NCBI GenBank assembly: GCA_030167865.1 | Contig: JALAGF010003586.1 | Span: 62,001 to 126,000 of the forward strand | Direction: 5' to 3' | From: Craspedostauros australis | Lineage: Eukaryota | DNA length: 64,000 nt | Part shown: piece after piece, positions 1-12,250 of the stretch | How positions within the stretch are numbered: position 1 is the stretch's first letter | How the letters are laid out: the number at the start of each line of letters is the position of its first letter | The notes under the pieces: generated by a model | The model's input: the letters and a program-made list of their open reading frames with translations, nothing else | Databases searched by the model: none | What the model was told of the DNA's origin: nothing | Program-made: the position numbers and the translations under genes

Positions 1-453
1 CGGCATCAGCGACATCAGGAGAAGAGTCTCAAGCCCAATGGCGATACTACTACTGGTGCTACTGCTGATGTTTGCGTGATGGCCGATGATCCAGTCAAAT
101 CAAGTCCATGCTGATGTCCGTGTTGACGATGGGCAAGTTGCGTCTGACGCGCTAGTAGCCCCAACAGCTACTGCTTCTTCTTTGTCTGCGTGCGCGTTTG
201 CCAAAGAGAGTTCGATGCAGGAGAGACAGCACCCTTGATGGCTTACCCTTGCGAGGACTGCACAGCGAAGGCATCGGCAGTGGCGAGGAAGGCAGCGAGG
301 GCGGTTGCTGTGAGGAGCTTCATGGTGGACAGTTACGGATTGCTGATGTGATGGATTATTTGTATGGTGTTCGAGTATCGCTACGACCACGCACAGCAAG
401 ACCGCGTGTTGCTGTTGTTGCGGCTACTGCTCTGTTGTTAGGGGTGAGCGAAG

Positions 454-1275
454 GTGACAGCGCAGTCCTCTTCTTGTTCTGTTGCGCTTCGTGACAAACG
501 GCCGCTGTTGCGGCTATCGTGCTGTCGCCTCTCTCTGCTCGTGCTGTTTCTCACAGTGCTGCTACTACTGCCACTACCACTGTTGCTGCCATCGTCTGTC
601 GGTCGGTTCCTCACAACCACAGAACAACCAACAGACCGAACGCAACAACGAGACGAAGCACGCAAACACGAGAACGACGATGGCCGCGTCGAGTCGCTCG
701 ACATTCTCGACCTGGGTTGATGGCTCGTGACCAATCCGATTCACAACAAGACGCTTCGTGACCATGCAAACTCGTTGACATGCGTGGCCCACAGCGAGCG
801 AAAGCGTTCTGTTCTGCTTGATGGGCAGCGAAGAAGACGGATGGTAGGACAGGCCGCTGACGTTGGTATCATGTTGTGCGTTTCCTACCAGCATCCACGT
901 GGATTCTACGCAAAACTGATGGGTTGTGTATTCGAACGAATCGACTGGCGTGACTCACAATCCAAGACAGCATCACAAACCGCCAAATGGGACGGGCGAT
1001 TTGGATGGGACCAAAGGACGTTGTCGCCTGGATGAATGGCTGCACGCCCATCAAAGACGGTTCGGAAGAGATCAGGATCAACGCCAACATCGGGGACATC
1101 AGCCTTCTTGAACATCCGCAATCCAAGATCAACCCTCTCTCTCTCTCTGCCTCTTTCTCCTTGTGGGTGGACATCGTCAACAGCAACGACAACGACAGCA
1201 ACATCGCAGACATCAAACATAGGATCTGACAGCTGCATCCGCTGCGCACGACCAAATCTGCACTACCTATTCTGA
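454..1275 (+). pseudogene. Possible decayed type-II membrane protein gene (interrupted reading frame)
   Basis: ORFs 454-720, 727-1035 and 1036-1275 are in the same frame and separated only by TGA codons. The first has a Leu-rich hydrophobic anchor (LLVLFLTVLLLLPLPLLL). No family recognised, so this could be chance. Confidence 0.2.
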
Positions 1276-1383
1276 CATCACACATCAAGAGTACTTGCTC
1301 AGCAGAGAATAGGGCAGATACTTACGCGCGCACCTCAGTTCAACACATCAAATCACCTCGCAACAAAAGCAACAACGACAACA

Positions 1384-2752
1384 ATGAAGATCGTTCGCCT
1401 CGTCCAACTCTTCACGCTGCTCAGCGCAGTCCATGTGGCGGATGCATTCCAACCACAGCAATTCCAGAACCGGCTGACGCGTGCAGCAGCGCAGCGTCAG
1501 CCCACCGTGGCGCTCTTCATGTCATCCCAGTGGGATGATGAGGAGGACACGACCAAGGAGACAACCAAGGACGCACCCAAGGACGCAACCAAGGTCAAGC
1601 GTTCTTCCTTCGATGATGCCGGTCAGCAGATCCGCGACGAGGAGGATCAGGAATCTCTGGACAGCATGGGCGACTATGACAGGAATCCGTCCGTACGTTT
1701 ACTCCAGACTGTCAGCACTATGATCTGTGGAGCTTTTGCACTATGGTTTTGTGCTGCGCTGTTGTGTTTGTTATTCGTTGCCTCAATCGTTGTACATTCA
1801 TGCAAGCACGGCTCATCTCAATTCTCTCACTTTTGTTTCGTCGCTTCTTCACGCTGCCGATGGTGCACATCGTCAATCAACTTCACGACCAACCGAACCA
1901 ATGAACGAATGGGTGGATCAATCAATCGATCAATTGAATGAATGAATGAACTGGATAAATGAACTGGATGGATGGATGGATGGATGACATGCAAATCTTG
2001 GACGAAAACCTACACACGCATGCAACGAACGAATGACATCAATGTCCAACCGACATCCATATCAAACCAATGCACTTCACAACACAACACATGCAAAACG
2101 ACAGTACAAACGAGACAACGTCGACCGCATAAGAGACGCAATCCGCGCACGTGCAGACGAGATGGGCATCGAAAAGTCGGAAGAGGCATCGCCCGAGGCA
2201 ATCGCTGCGGCCGCAGAAAAGGCCCGCGCCGACATTGAGGCGCGACGCGGCAGCGTCTTCGATCTCGATCTCACGCAGATCAGCGACGACACATCCGCCG
2301 TCGATAATGACGATGATGAGACGCCCAGCATGTTCTACGATGCCGAAGCGATGCTGTCGGAGGAACAGCAGGCCGAGGCCGATCCCACGGGACAGCTGCC
2401 CATCATGGAGCAGGTCAAGGTGGAGTGGGCCGGTTCGGAATGGCCCGATTTCTTTACGTCGATGAAGCAGATGGTCATCCTCTTTGCGGTCATCTTCATC
2501 ACGGGAGGTCTCATCGTCACATGGGATAACTTCCTCCGCGAGACCTACACGGATATCGGCTTCGTGCCGCGTCAGGAAGACGTCATGAAGGGCATGGATA
2601 ATATGGTGCTGCCAGAAGGTTGGTTGAATGGTATGAGCGAGCAGGATGTCATCAATTTTCAGAATGAGATTGCTGCGGCCGCAGGTGGTGCATCGTCCGC
2701 CCTGCCAGACATTTCGTCGTCGGAGAGCTTCTTTGATGGATCTTCGTACTAA
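1384..2752 (+). CDS. secE: Plastid-targeted preprotein translocase subunit SecE; exons 1384-1692 and 2105-2752
   Basis: Signal peptide ending VADA-F (ASAF-type plastid motif). Intron GTACGT(1693)...ACAG(2104) joins the frames. C-terminus QVKVEWAGSEWPDFFTSMKQ-[TM helix]-D matches the SecE E..v.WP motif followed by a TM helix. Confidence 0.75.
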
Positions 2753-3107
2753 GCATGCAATGGGTACGAGCTATGGGAGGCGTATTATTTGGAATTCACC
2801 ACAGCGTGGTACGATCTGGTACAGTGCGATGCGCCAGATTGCATGAGCCAGAATCATCCGTGGTGTTGTGCTCCCACGGTATCAAAGGTAACAGCAACCA
2901 AAGACGAGAAGGCAACAATACGGGCACTAATCAGCAGGCAGAAGGTACCGAGAACAGCGACAGCAACGGCATAGCGTTTACATTGAACAACATTGCAATA
3001 GTCCACTAGAGAGAATAGCGCGAGTCTTCGCAACTGCATTCAATCCCGCAATATGCCAAGTTGAAGGAAGCCTCACCAATCCTGCTGTTTCGCGTTGAGA
3101 CTGCGGC

Positions 3108-4289
3108 TCACAACTCGCCCGATGTGGCGCCACCCGCAGACGCCGATTGGCCACCACCAGTGCCAGTACTCCTCGTAGAATGCCTGGATGCTGACTCCAA
3201 CGCTTGAAATTGGCGGAACGCCGTTTCCAACAGAATCCCGCCACCGCGCAGATCATCGCGCTGCTTGTCCTGCCCCAGCTCCCAAAAGAAGATGCCCGCC
3301 AACTTGTCACGCGTTGCATACAGCACCTTCTTGCGCACAGTGAGGGAATCGTCGAATGCATGCTGCTGCCAAGGAGACTGAATTTCTTTGACTGTCTTTG
3401 GTTGCAGCTCGTCGACGATCTCGGCAAAGGTCTTGACCTGCCCTGGCATCTGCACATGCCGACCGTACGCTGGGATGCCCAAGACGATCTTGTCGGATGG
3501 GCAGCCGGATTCCATCAATCCTCGGACCGCTCTGACAACCGCCGGGATGTACGCATGACCTTGCGAGTGCTGGACCATGTCGTACGTCATCAAATGGATG
3601 CGATCGAGGCCGTCGTAAACATCCTTCGACAGGTGCATGCCAGGTCGCAACGCGATGCTGACGAGGAGACCATGCGAATGCAGCACCTCAACTGCCTCCT
3701 TGAGGAAGGTCTCCACCAAGGCGTACACCTGCTGGTGGGATGGCTGCTTCGCATTCTTGTCTGCCAAGACGCAATCAAAGTCGACGCCATCGATGCCCTG
3801 CTTTTCACTGAGCGAAACCAGCTGCGACCACAACGTGGCGCGTTTGGTTGGATCCCGCGCGACGTCCACGAACCAATCTTGCCGACCGGCTCCTCCCAGG
3901 CTCACCCAAACGTTCAGCTTGTGCGTTGATGCGTCTTCTTCGCTGCCTGTGTCGCTACGGCGACTGCTGTCACTGTCACTATCTCCGTCATCATCTTGTG
4001 GAGATGTCACACGCGACGACTCTTCCTTGTAAGATCTGGCCTGGCCCGCCTGCTCGAAGTGATGATCCTCCAAACAGCAGCCCCCAAGCATCCCGCCTTT
4101 ACTCGGCGCCAAGCTGAAGAGGATGAGATCCGTGAGGTACGGCGCTGTGTTGTTGACGTTGATGTACGATCGGTATTCCGGAAGATACGCGGCTATGACA
4201 GGTCGCTGTGCATTGCAAAAGAAAGCGGGCGGCCCGCGCAGCCAGGAACATGCAATGATCGCCGTCGCAATGATCGCTGTTCGGTTCAT
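3108..4289 (-). CDS. GH18 chitinase-like protein, secretory, catalytic Glu absent
   Basis: Signal peptide. GH18 motifs VSLGGA, IDGVDFDCV, IHLMTYDM, KIVLGIPAYGR and AGIFFWELGQD. C-terminus ...SGEL. Single exon. Confidence 0.88.
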   Translation of the reverse strand: MNRTAIIATAIIACSWLRGPPAFFCNAQRPVIAAYLPEYRSYINVNNTAPYLTDLILFSLAPSKGGMLGGCCLEDHHFEQAGQARSYKEESSRVTSPQDDDGDSDSDSSRRSDTGSEEDASTHKLNVWVSLGGAGRQDWFVDVARDPTKRATLWSQLVSLSEKQGIDGVDFDCVLADKNAKQPSHQQVYALVETFLKEAVEVLHSHGLLVSIALRPGMHLSKDVYDGLDRIHLMTYDMVQHSQGHAYIPAVVRAVRGLMESGCPSDKIVLGIPAYGRHVQMPGQVKTFAEIVDELQPKTVKEIQSPWQQHAFDDSLTVRKKVLYATRDKLAGIFFWELGQDKQRDDLRGGGILLETAFRQFQALESASRHSTRSTGTGGGQSASAGGATSGEL

Positions 4290-5397
4290 GACGATGCTCT
4301 TGCGTCTCCGTCCGTTGATCTTGTTGTTGGAAGTAATGAATGTCCCACCTATGATATTATATGCTCCAGTCTATACCTTTCTCTACTTTACGTACTCACG
4401 ACTAGCTCGTATTCTATTCCAAAGATCATCGCATTGTGTCTGCAATGTTCATGACCTTCATGTTGTGGTGACAAGTTGCAAAACAGTGGCAAGACAAGAC
4501 GCGAAAGAATCATCCTCAAACAAATCCAGATCAAGGATACTTTTTGAGTGTTTCGGGAGGTGCGGTGAAATAGATATTCGAAATCAGGCTCGCTCGCAAT
4601 ACACATGAAAACGAGCCAGCCGAAAAGCTCCAGCAAACGTTTCGCATGCGAGATGCTCGCCAACGCCAAAAACGCTACCCACAAAAGGCCCAGAATGCCA
4701 GCGTGGTGTGTGAGATTCGTGAGTGTATTTTTGGCGTTGGACATTGGGGCTGTTGCTGCTTCTTCGTCTTCTTCATGAATCGTGTGACTGTTGTTGGTTG
4801 TTGTTGGGAAAGTTGATGTCACATGCCTGCATGCAGCCTTCACGATGTGCGAAGAGCACTGGTTGATGTGGAAAGCATCACAGAGAGCATCTTCGCGGTG
4901 GACACCAGAACACAACGAGACGAATCATTGTGTGTGTGTGAGAGAGAGAGCTACTTTACGCGTACTAAGACGTTACGAGGAACAATACCCACAGTAGCGA
5001 CACCAAAGGCAGAGAGAGAGAGAGAGAGAGAGCAATGGAGAAGACAACAGTAGAAGCGAAGTGCCGACGTTGACAACAATCACGTGAATTCTCATGCAGA
5101 AGTAAGAGTCGAAGCACTCTGTACATACTGGAGACAGCAGAGATTGTACTCTCCATCGTTCTCAAGTGGAGCTCCGCACTGCGAAGCGGAACAGAAGAGT
5201 AATCTCGACCATACCAATACCAAGATCAAGATCAAGATCACTATTGACGACACGCAAGCAAACGCATCATTTCAATCAAGGCAAACAAACAACAGCATTC
5301 CGATCCACTCTGCTCAACTCTTCTCCACTCGACGAGTACCCCACATTAAAAAGGTGTGTCTCTTTTAGATCACTCATCAGCATTCCAAACAAGTCTC

Positions 5398-6636
5398 ATG
5401 ACTTCGCACACAGCCCAAACAATCCGATCGCATACTCCCGCAACCATGGACCATTCCTCTTCGTCATTGCAAGCATCTACGCGTTGCCGACCAGATCGGC
5501 AGCAACAACAGCAACAACAACAAAAGGAGCGCCATTCATCCTGCACAACTGCATCGTCGACGATCGAAGGAGCAGACGACGACGACGAAGAAGTTCTCAC
5601 GAACACATCCGACCACGAATGCCCCATCAACGATCTCTCCGCACGGCATCTCTCCGTCATTGCTTTGCCCAATCGACGAGGTGACGCGGTCCTTTGCAAG
5701 AACATACAGGAGATTCAAGAACGGATGGCCCGGCTTTCGGCCCAAGATCTTCCCGCCTTGCCATTTGATGAGGTTGCGGTGGTCGATACCAACATGGATC
5801 GCGACGACGAACATGAAGAGGTGTACGAGTACATCGAGGTCTCGGACAATGAGGGGTACCAGGGAGATGGGGATCAATACGACTACTACTGTGACGATGC
5901 CGCTGAGCATGATGACACTCATGACAACGGCATCAGCAGCAATAACAACAGCAATAACAACAGCAATTGGGATGGGGAAGAGCATGAATACTACGACGGG
6001 GACGATGGTGATTGCTCATCTTACATAGAAGAGATCGTTACATGCGCGGCCGGTGCTGCTACTGCTGCTCGTGCCGCAACTCCTATCCCCTCCGCCGAGT
6101 CGATGATGAAATCGAATGATGACGAGTACACCTACGAGTCGCTCGCGGAAACGGATGGCTTCGATGTCCATGCCACCTTCCCACCCACCTTCTTCTCTCC
6201 CAAAACAAGATGTAGCGTCAACGGCGGAACAACGCCGACAAACGGAAGCGCTCCCGTCTGCGCTGTCTGCAAGACAACACCGCGATCGCAATACACCTTC
6301 GTGAGCCTCAACACCGCGAGCGACGTGGAGACGGATACCGAGCTCAGCTTCACGCCAAAGAGCGACACCAACGACGACGCCGTCTCGCGGGCATCCGAAG
6401 CATCGGATTCTGTGGAGATTTGCATCCGCAAGTACAAGCCAAGGCCGTCCTTTGATCGTGAGGAAGACGCACGTGTCTTGAGGGTCCTGCCCGCTGACAT
6501 TCTGCCATGGGAGTACCTCATCGACACGCCGTGCAAGGTCGCATCGTCGTCGTCGTCGCCGCCGCCAAGATCGTCACCATTCGGGGTAAAGGATGCGTTT
6601 CCCAGCATGCCACTGCTGGCTCATACTTCCAGTTAA
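5398..6636 (+). CDS. Hypothetical acidic, low-complexity protein
   Basis: ORF of about 412 codons, rich in D/E/S with poly-Q and poly-N runs and EYxYE-type repeats. No recognisable domain. Confidence 0.6.
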   Translation: MTSHTAQTIRSHTPATMDHSSSSLQASTRCRPDRQQQQQQQQKERHSSCTTASSTIEGADDDDEEVLTNTSDHECPINDLSARHLSVIALPNRRGDAVLCKNIQEIQERMARLSAQDLPALPFDEVAVVDTNMDRDDEHEEVYEYIEVSDNEGYQGDGDQYDYYCDDAAEHDDTHDNGISSNNNSNNNSNWDGEEHEYYDGDDGDCSSYIEEIVTCAAGAATAARAATPIPSAESMMKSNDDEYTYESLAETDGFDVHATFPPTFFSPKTRCSVNGGTTPTNGSAPVCAVCKTTPRSQYTFVSLNTASDVETDTELSFTPKSDTNDDAVSRASEASDSVEICIRKYKPRPSFDREEDARVLRVLPADILPWEYLIDTPCKVASSSSSPPPRSSPFGVKDAFPSMPLLAHTSS

Positions 6637-7112
6637 ATGCATGAACGAACGGACGGATGCGCATGTATGAGAAGAGTTGCTCTACTCCGCACAAGTTCCA
6701 TGCATGCTGCGTCGATGTTCATCAATCTCCAAACAATCATTACTGCTTTGCTACCAAGCATATCTTCTATTATACAACAGCAATAACAGCAATTCAGGAA
6801 TCAAAGGTAGCATGTCGTAGTGACACCACCAATAGTTTTAGCAAAGTAATCGATTGCCTCATAATACCATGCTTGCTATGATACATTATCCTCGTGTAAT
6901 AGAAAAGATGCCGTCTTCACATCCCTTCTTGCCGCGAGCCCTGGAGATGATGACACGGACGCAGTACTGAAATTGTGGTACTCTAGGATTGCTTTGTCGC
7001 CGCCAAACAGTGCAAAAGCAAGCAACGACACTCGCACGAAACACAAAACGATGATCCACAGTACACACAAGGCACAAACACAAACCACCTGAAACCAAAC
7101 CCTTCTGTCACC

Positions 7113-7516
7113 ATGGTCTTCAGCGCTCAAATTCAGCGGACATTGTGAGTTCAAGATGCAGCATACGTATAGCAGTGCAGGCAACGGATGGAACGACACG
7201 AAACACACACACATACATACAACACATCATTCTCACAATCTCTTCGTCTCTTCTTGTGCTTTGCATCCGCAGACGCGTGGCAACCAACGTTGTGGCGGCC
7301 GGTGGGGGACTGTACGCCATCTTCCTCGCCGATTATGAATTCGTAGGATTCGAAGGTCGACCGCATGTCTTCACCAACATCCAAAGAGACTCTCGCAAGT
7401 ACTTGGACGGTCTCATCTACGGCATTGATCATGGCAAGATCGAGAAGGAGGTTCAGCAGCAACAACAACTGCAAGAACAGCAGCAGCAGCAGAGCAAAAC
7501 AGGGCGAGACGACTGA
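7113..7516 (+). CDS. Small single-pass membrane protein, possibly mitochondrial; exons 7113-7144 and 7273-7516
   Basis: ATG 7113, intron GTGAGT(7145)...CAG(7272). Spliced product MVFSAQIQRTLRVATNVVAAGGGLYAIFLADYEFVGFEGRPHVFTNIQR..., with a Gln-rich tail. Confidence 0.65.
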
Positions 7517-7961
7517 ACGACGCCACAAAAATGCACTTGGCTTGGAGACAAGAAGCATGCATGTAATACTGATAGACGCATACAGTCTTGCTTCGCAATA
7601 CGCATATTCCGCTACCATACCATATCGCACTCAATACTGACTTCTGAAGTGATGAAAAATGAAACTTGATGCTCTACTCTCCACAGAGAGGCACTATTAT
7701 GAGAACAATACAAGAGCTTGGAAGAAACAGGATGGACGTCACTCTTGTGAATACTGTTGGTACCTGCATTGTCCGCAATAGAATACATCTCGCAGGGCAT
7801 CTGACCTTCCGTCCTTGTGTTTGGCTGTTCCAGAGCATCGCTCTCGGAAGTCACGACGCAACCGGACCGAATTGGATTGAAATCAACTCAATCTCATTGC
7901 GCTAACATGACGCAAGTGGAGGCGATGATGGCCATCTTTCCATTGCCTTGCCATGCAATGC

Positions 7962-8345
7962 TCATTTCTTGTCCTTGTTATCCTGAATGAACTCAATGTA
8001 CTTGGCCAGATTCATGACGTGCTGCTTGTCGAATTCGTATCGCTTCTTGGCAATCAACCTCTGCTTCTTCATCCACTTCTTCTCATGTCGTTCGTTCCAA
8101 AGATGAAGATCGAGCAGGGCATGGCCATCGGCACGCTGCGAATCCTTGAATCGGCGTACCACCACACTCGGATCATCGTACTTGACGTTGCCCTCCTTGT
8201 CGACCTTGCGTCGCACGATCTCCTGCCAGTACGATCGCGCTTGCACCAGCTGCTGGCTCGATTGCTGCAGCAAGGGAGCGGTGCCGCATCGCACGAGTTG
8301 CGTCGACGACATCCGCAGTCCTTGTTGCATCAGTTGGTTGTTCAT
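7962..8345 (-). CDS. Mitochondrial ribosomal protein bS21-like
   Basis: N-terminus free of acidic residues, as in a mitochondrial presequence. Basic C-terminal HEKKWMKKQRL resembles the bS21/MRP21 (Y/H)EKP..KRxR motif. Confidence 0.6.
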   Translation of the reverse strand: MNNQLMQQGLRMSSTQLVRCGTAPLLQQSSQQLVQARSYWQEIVRRKVDKEGNVKYDDPSVVVRRFKDSQRADGHALLDLHLWNERHEKKWMKKQRLIAKKRYEFDKQHVMNLAKYIEFIQDNKDKK

Positions 8346-9264
8346 GATGGTTTCTGACTGAGGAGCTAACCGAATACCAGAGTGATGGATCGGGTGATCG
8401 GACGGTAGTTGCAGTCACGCAGCACAATCAACAAAGATGTGATGAAGGTGGTGATGGTGATGTCTCACGCCTCTTCCTTGCTCCGTGTTGTTGCTGCGTG
8501 TTGTGTGTTGTGTGTTGTTGCAGCTCCGTTTTTGCTGTCCGCGCTGAAGCGGACAGACGAAGGCGCTGATAGGATTTTAGTCGACTCAGTCACATGTCGC
8601 CATACTTTTCTCCTGGCGCGTGGCGCACACGTTGGCGCAAAATCCTTTGTTGTTGGTGCGGTCGCCATCGTTGTTCGTGTTGCGCGCAGTCTTTGTCGTC
8701 GCTTTCCTTTGCCGTTGCCGTTGTCGTCGTTGCGACTGTTGTTGCGTCACTGGCACAAGCACACGGTAGGTCTTTGCACAACCACTCGACGCACATTGGC
8801 ATCTGTCTTTCACGTGAGTGCACGCAAGATGGGTCGCACGAACGGCAGGTCACGATATTGCATCCATGAAGAAGGGTATTCGAGCCACGGGCGTTCGTTG
8901 ACGGCATGATTCGTGCTGGTTGCGTCGTCATCCAGTGTTGGTCGATGCCGGCCATGTTTTGCTTGGGTCGGCGCTGAGGTACTGGGGAAGCTCCTCTGTA
9001 TTTTCGTATTGCAAGCAACTCAATTTCCGTATTCTATCGAGACAAACTGCGTATTCCATCGGAAACCAACACTCACCTGATGAAATCGTCCACACAACAA
9101 CACCAACAACAAACGATGATGACGATGGCGCCTCCTCGATGATGCTGTCTCGACAACAACGGCAACAACACCAACAAACGACGACGACGACGACGGCAAC
9201 CAACTCCACCACTCAACTCCAATCTGTTATTGCACGACAGTTCCACAAAAACAAAGACACAATC

Positions 9265-9894
9265 ATGTTCTCTTCTTTCAGCCGAACAGCCGCACGACGC
9301 GTTGCCACATCCGCGCGCGCATTTGCCACAGATGCCGCACACAAGCCCGTCATTGACCTGCACGGAATCAACGCCCGTTACGCCAATGCCACTTACGTCG
9401 CTGCCTCCAAGATCAACATGCTGGACACTGTCGAGGCCGAGCTCAACGGTCTGGCCAAGGCCGCCGGAGAGTCCAAGGCCTTCGCTGGCTTCCTCGAGAA
9501 TCCATTGATCCCACGCGAGGAAAAGATGGCCAACATCCAGCAGCTGTTGGACGGAAGCAAGGTCTCCACCATCACCGTCAACCTCTGCACCACTTTGGCC
9601 GGAAACGCCAAGCTCGCAGAACTTCCAAAGGTCGTCGAGCAGTACGCCTTGTTGATGAAGGCCAAGCGCGGACAGGTTGATGCCACCATCATCAGCGCCG
9701 ACAAACTCTCCAAGAAGCAGACCGACGAGATCGGCGCCGCCATCAAGGCCACCTCGAAAGACGCCAAGGAAGTCGTCATCAACACCGAGGTCGACCCATC
9801 CATCATCGGAGGCATTCAGGTGCAGATCGGAGATCAGTTCTTGGACCTTTCCGTCAAGTCCCGCATCGAGGAGATCGGCCGAACTCCACTCTAG
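9265..9894 (+). CDS. ATP5O: Mitochondrial ATP synthase OSCP (delta/O) subunit
   Basis: Presequence MFSSFSRTAARRVA. Motifs HGINARYANATY, FLENP, and VDPSIIGGIQVQIGDQFLDLSV. Confidence 0.95.
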   Translation: MFSSFSRTAARRVATSARAFATDAAHKPVIDLHGINARYANATYVAASKINMLDTVEAELNGLAKAAGESKAFAGFLENPLIPREEKMANIQQLLDGSKVSTITVNLCTTLAGNAKLAELPKVVEQYALLMKAKRGQVDATIISADKLSKKQTDEIGAAIKATSKDAKEVVINTEVDPSIIGGIQVQIGDQFLDLSVKSRIEEIGRTPL

Positions 9895-10371
9895 ACCGGC
9901 TTGGTCTTGGAACCGCAACACTCCTGCGGGTTGGCTGTTGATTGACTGACTGACTGATTGACTGCGTCGCTGTTGTAGTGTGGCTGCGCCACCGCACTGC
10001 TTGCGTGGGTATGGCTTGCTGGTCTGAGTGCGCCGATGAATAGGGGCAGCTACAATGAATGCTGATCTGTGGAGTGCTCTGCAGAGTTCCCTGTGGACAT
10101 TCACCAGCATCGCAAACCAGCAGGTGGAACCATGCAACAATACATCATTCTCAATCAATAAACGCAACACTCTAAACAAACGTCCTCAACACATGCACCA
10201 CCAAACCCCATATCAGCCTTGCATTCTCCACTGTGCATTCCTGTCATGTTTCGCTTTGCTCATCATGCTATTGTGTCAGTATTCCTGCATCTCTTTCTCT
10301 ATTTCTTTGAAGATGGATCCATACCGCATCCTCCTGTATTGCGATCGTCCCAGATCATCCTCGTCAGTCGA

Positions 10372-11034
10372 TCACTGCTGCTTCTCCTCTTTCTGCTTCT
10401 CGTCTGATTGATTTTCTTCTTTCTGTTGCTGCTCGGCTCTGGCTTTGTCTTCTGCTCTTTTGTCTTCCTGGAATTCCAACAACTGTTCCTTGGCACGCAC
10501 GATTTTGGATTGCAAATAGAAGCTCCCGCCCTTGCTCACATCATTGGCCTCGAAATACCGATCGAATTGCTGTGCATACGTATCATGCAGAGTGGATTAG
10601 AATATGATACACATGGTGTGTAAAGTGTCATGCAATGTGAAGTGGAATGGAGCATGATAGATAACGTCGGTCAGAGAGATGGTTTACGCAACACAAATAC
10701 GAACACAATCACGGCTTGAATCGAATTGAATTACAATTTCAGATCACAAGGTAACACACTCAACACTCTCATTGCACTCAACACCCACCTTGTGAATGGC
10801 CTCCGGCGTCGCTTCGGCTTCGGCGAGATTGAGCACCTGCAGAGCCTCGCTGCGCGTGATGCGCTTTCCAAACACCGGATTGGTCTTGGCGGCGGATTCG
10901 GCAGCGTGTACGCCGGATTTGCGCGCATTCTGCAGGGCCTGTGCGTACGCTGCCGGAAGTGCTCGTGCCAAGCTTGCTGCTATTGGCACGATGACTTGCG
11001 CCAGTATTCTCGCGAATGGTCCGAGCGGCGCCAT
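10372..11034 (-). CDS. PAM16: Mitochondrial import motor subunit Pam16/Tim16; exons 11034-10789 and 10569-10372
   Basis: Exon 1 ...AYAQALQNA...ITRSEALQVLNL...PEAIHK splices in frame (GT...CAG) to QFDRYFEANDVSKGGSFYLQSKIVRAKE, the Pam16 signature GGSFYLQSK. Confidence 0.92.
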
Positions 11035-12250
11035 TGTGGTTGTTTTCTCCAACGAGGTGTTGATGTGTGCTTGGAAATCGAGCGAAATCGAGCTCGATCA
11101 GTCAATCGCGATCAATCGGACCTGTTATGTCTCGTGCTTCTGAAGCTCTTGTCTTGTGTAATATTTGCTATTGTGCTTCTTGTTCCTTTCTTGTGCGAGT
11201 ACGTCTCGGCTCTGATCGACTGATTCTCTTGAATCGATGTGAATTGCCACATCAATGTCGGTCGGCATGTGGCGATGTTGCGATTGTTGTCACTGTGCTG
11301 ATTGTGAGCAGGCAGTTGTGGCGCAACAAAATGTGCGTTGTGGTGGGGTTTGGGGCTGTTTGTTCCACCATCGCCGTGGTTGGTCTCGTTTTGTTCGTTC
11401 CTTCTCGATTTGTCATCGAATCGATTCGATGGATTGCGACGATTTTTGCAATGTAGAAATAAGACAGCGTGTCAGACTGAAGATATGACAAACAATATGA
11501 CGTCAGATGCTTCAAACAGAACCTACTCGTGACCCAGAATCGAGTCACGACTAGGACTCCATCTCCAACCAAAACAGTCGTCTCGAAGAAAGCCGCGATT
11601 CCAATGATTCCGACGTTTCTGTTGCAGATCTGCGTTGATGTCATCCACATCATCCAACATCAACAGAGGAACATGTGCGCCGATGATTGCGCAGAAGGAG
11701 GAAAGAGAATGCGAGACAGAGCAGAGCAGAGCAGAGCCGACCGACCGACCGCCAGGACACACAAAGACAACAGAAAGCGCACCAGCACAGCATCCATCAG
11801 ACAAGAGGGATAGTACTTGTTGTGATAATCTGAGCTCTGCATCCGGTTGCTCCTCTCGATACTCCATCTCGACATTGAATGTCACGACGGAACATCGAAT
11901 TCAATCAATCATTCATTTACGAGCTACTCAACTCATTGACTCGCCATCAAAGCCAAGCTAATCTCAGCTAAGCAGAGGCGAACGCACCGCCTCACACCCC
12001 CATTGTGTCATCAACATTCGCAGAAGAAGGACAGCCGTCATCGACAAGGGACGAAAGACACGCACAATAGACCCGACAAAGCGCCAATAGATCCCTCAAG
12101 CCATCTTTGCATTGGACTGCGAACGAGTATCGAGCAACGGTTGGATCGGGACTGCTCGAGAGACGCAGTAGAGCATCATTCCAGGCACTTTCCCGGCAGT
12201 TGTGCCAGAAACTTGCTTCCACAATGACACCATCCGCATCACAACGAACG

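Noticed and set aside
9073-10179. Long antisense ORFs over real genes (9073-10179, 17691-18770, 27855-28922, 29112-30608, 31309-31962, 45885-46790)
   Set aside because: These are shadow ORFs caused by GC3-biased codon usage on the coding strand and have no domain features.
11498-11505. TGACGTCA / TGACGT (bZIP or aureochrome-type) sites in several promoters (also 16847, 36069, 52518)
   Set aside because: A hexamer is expected about every 2 kb by chance, and I cannot show enrichment by eye.
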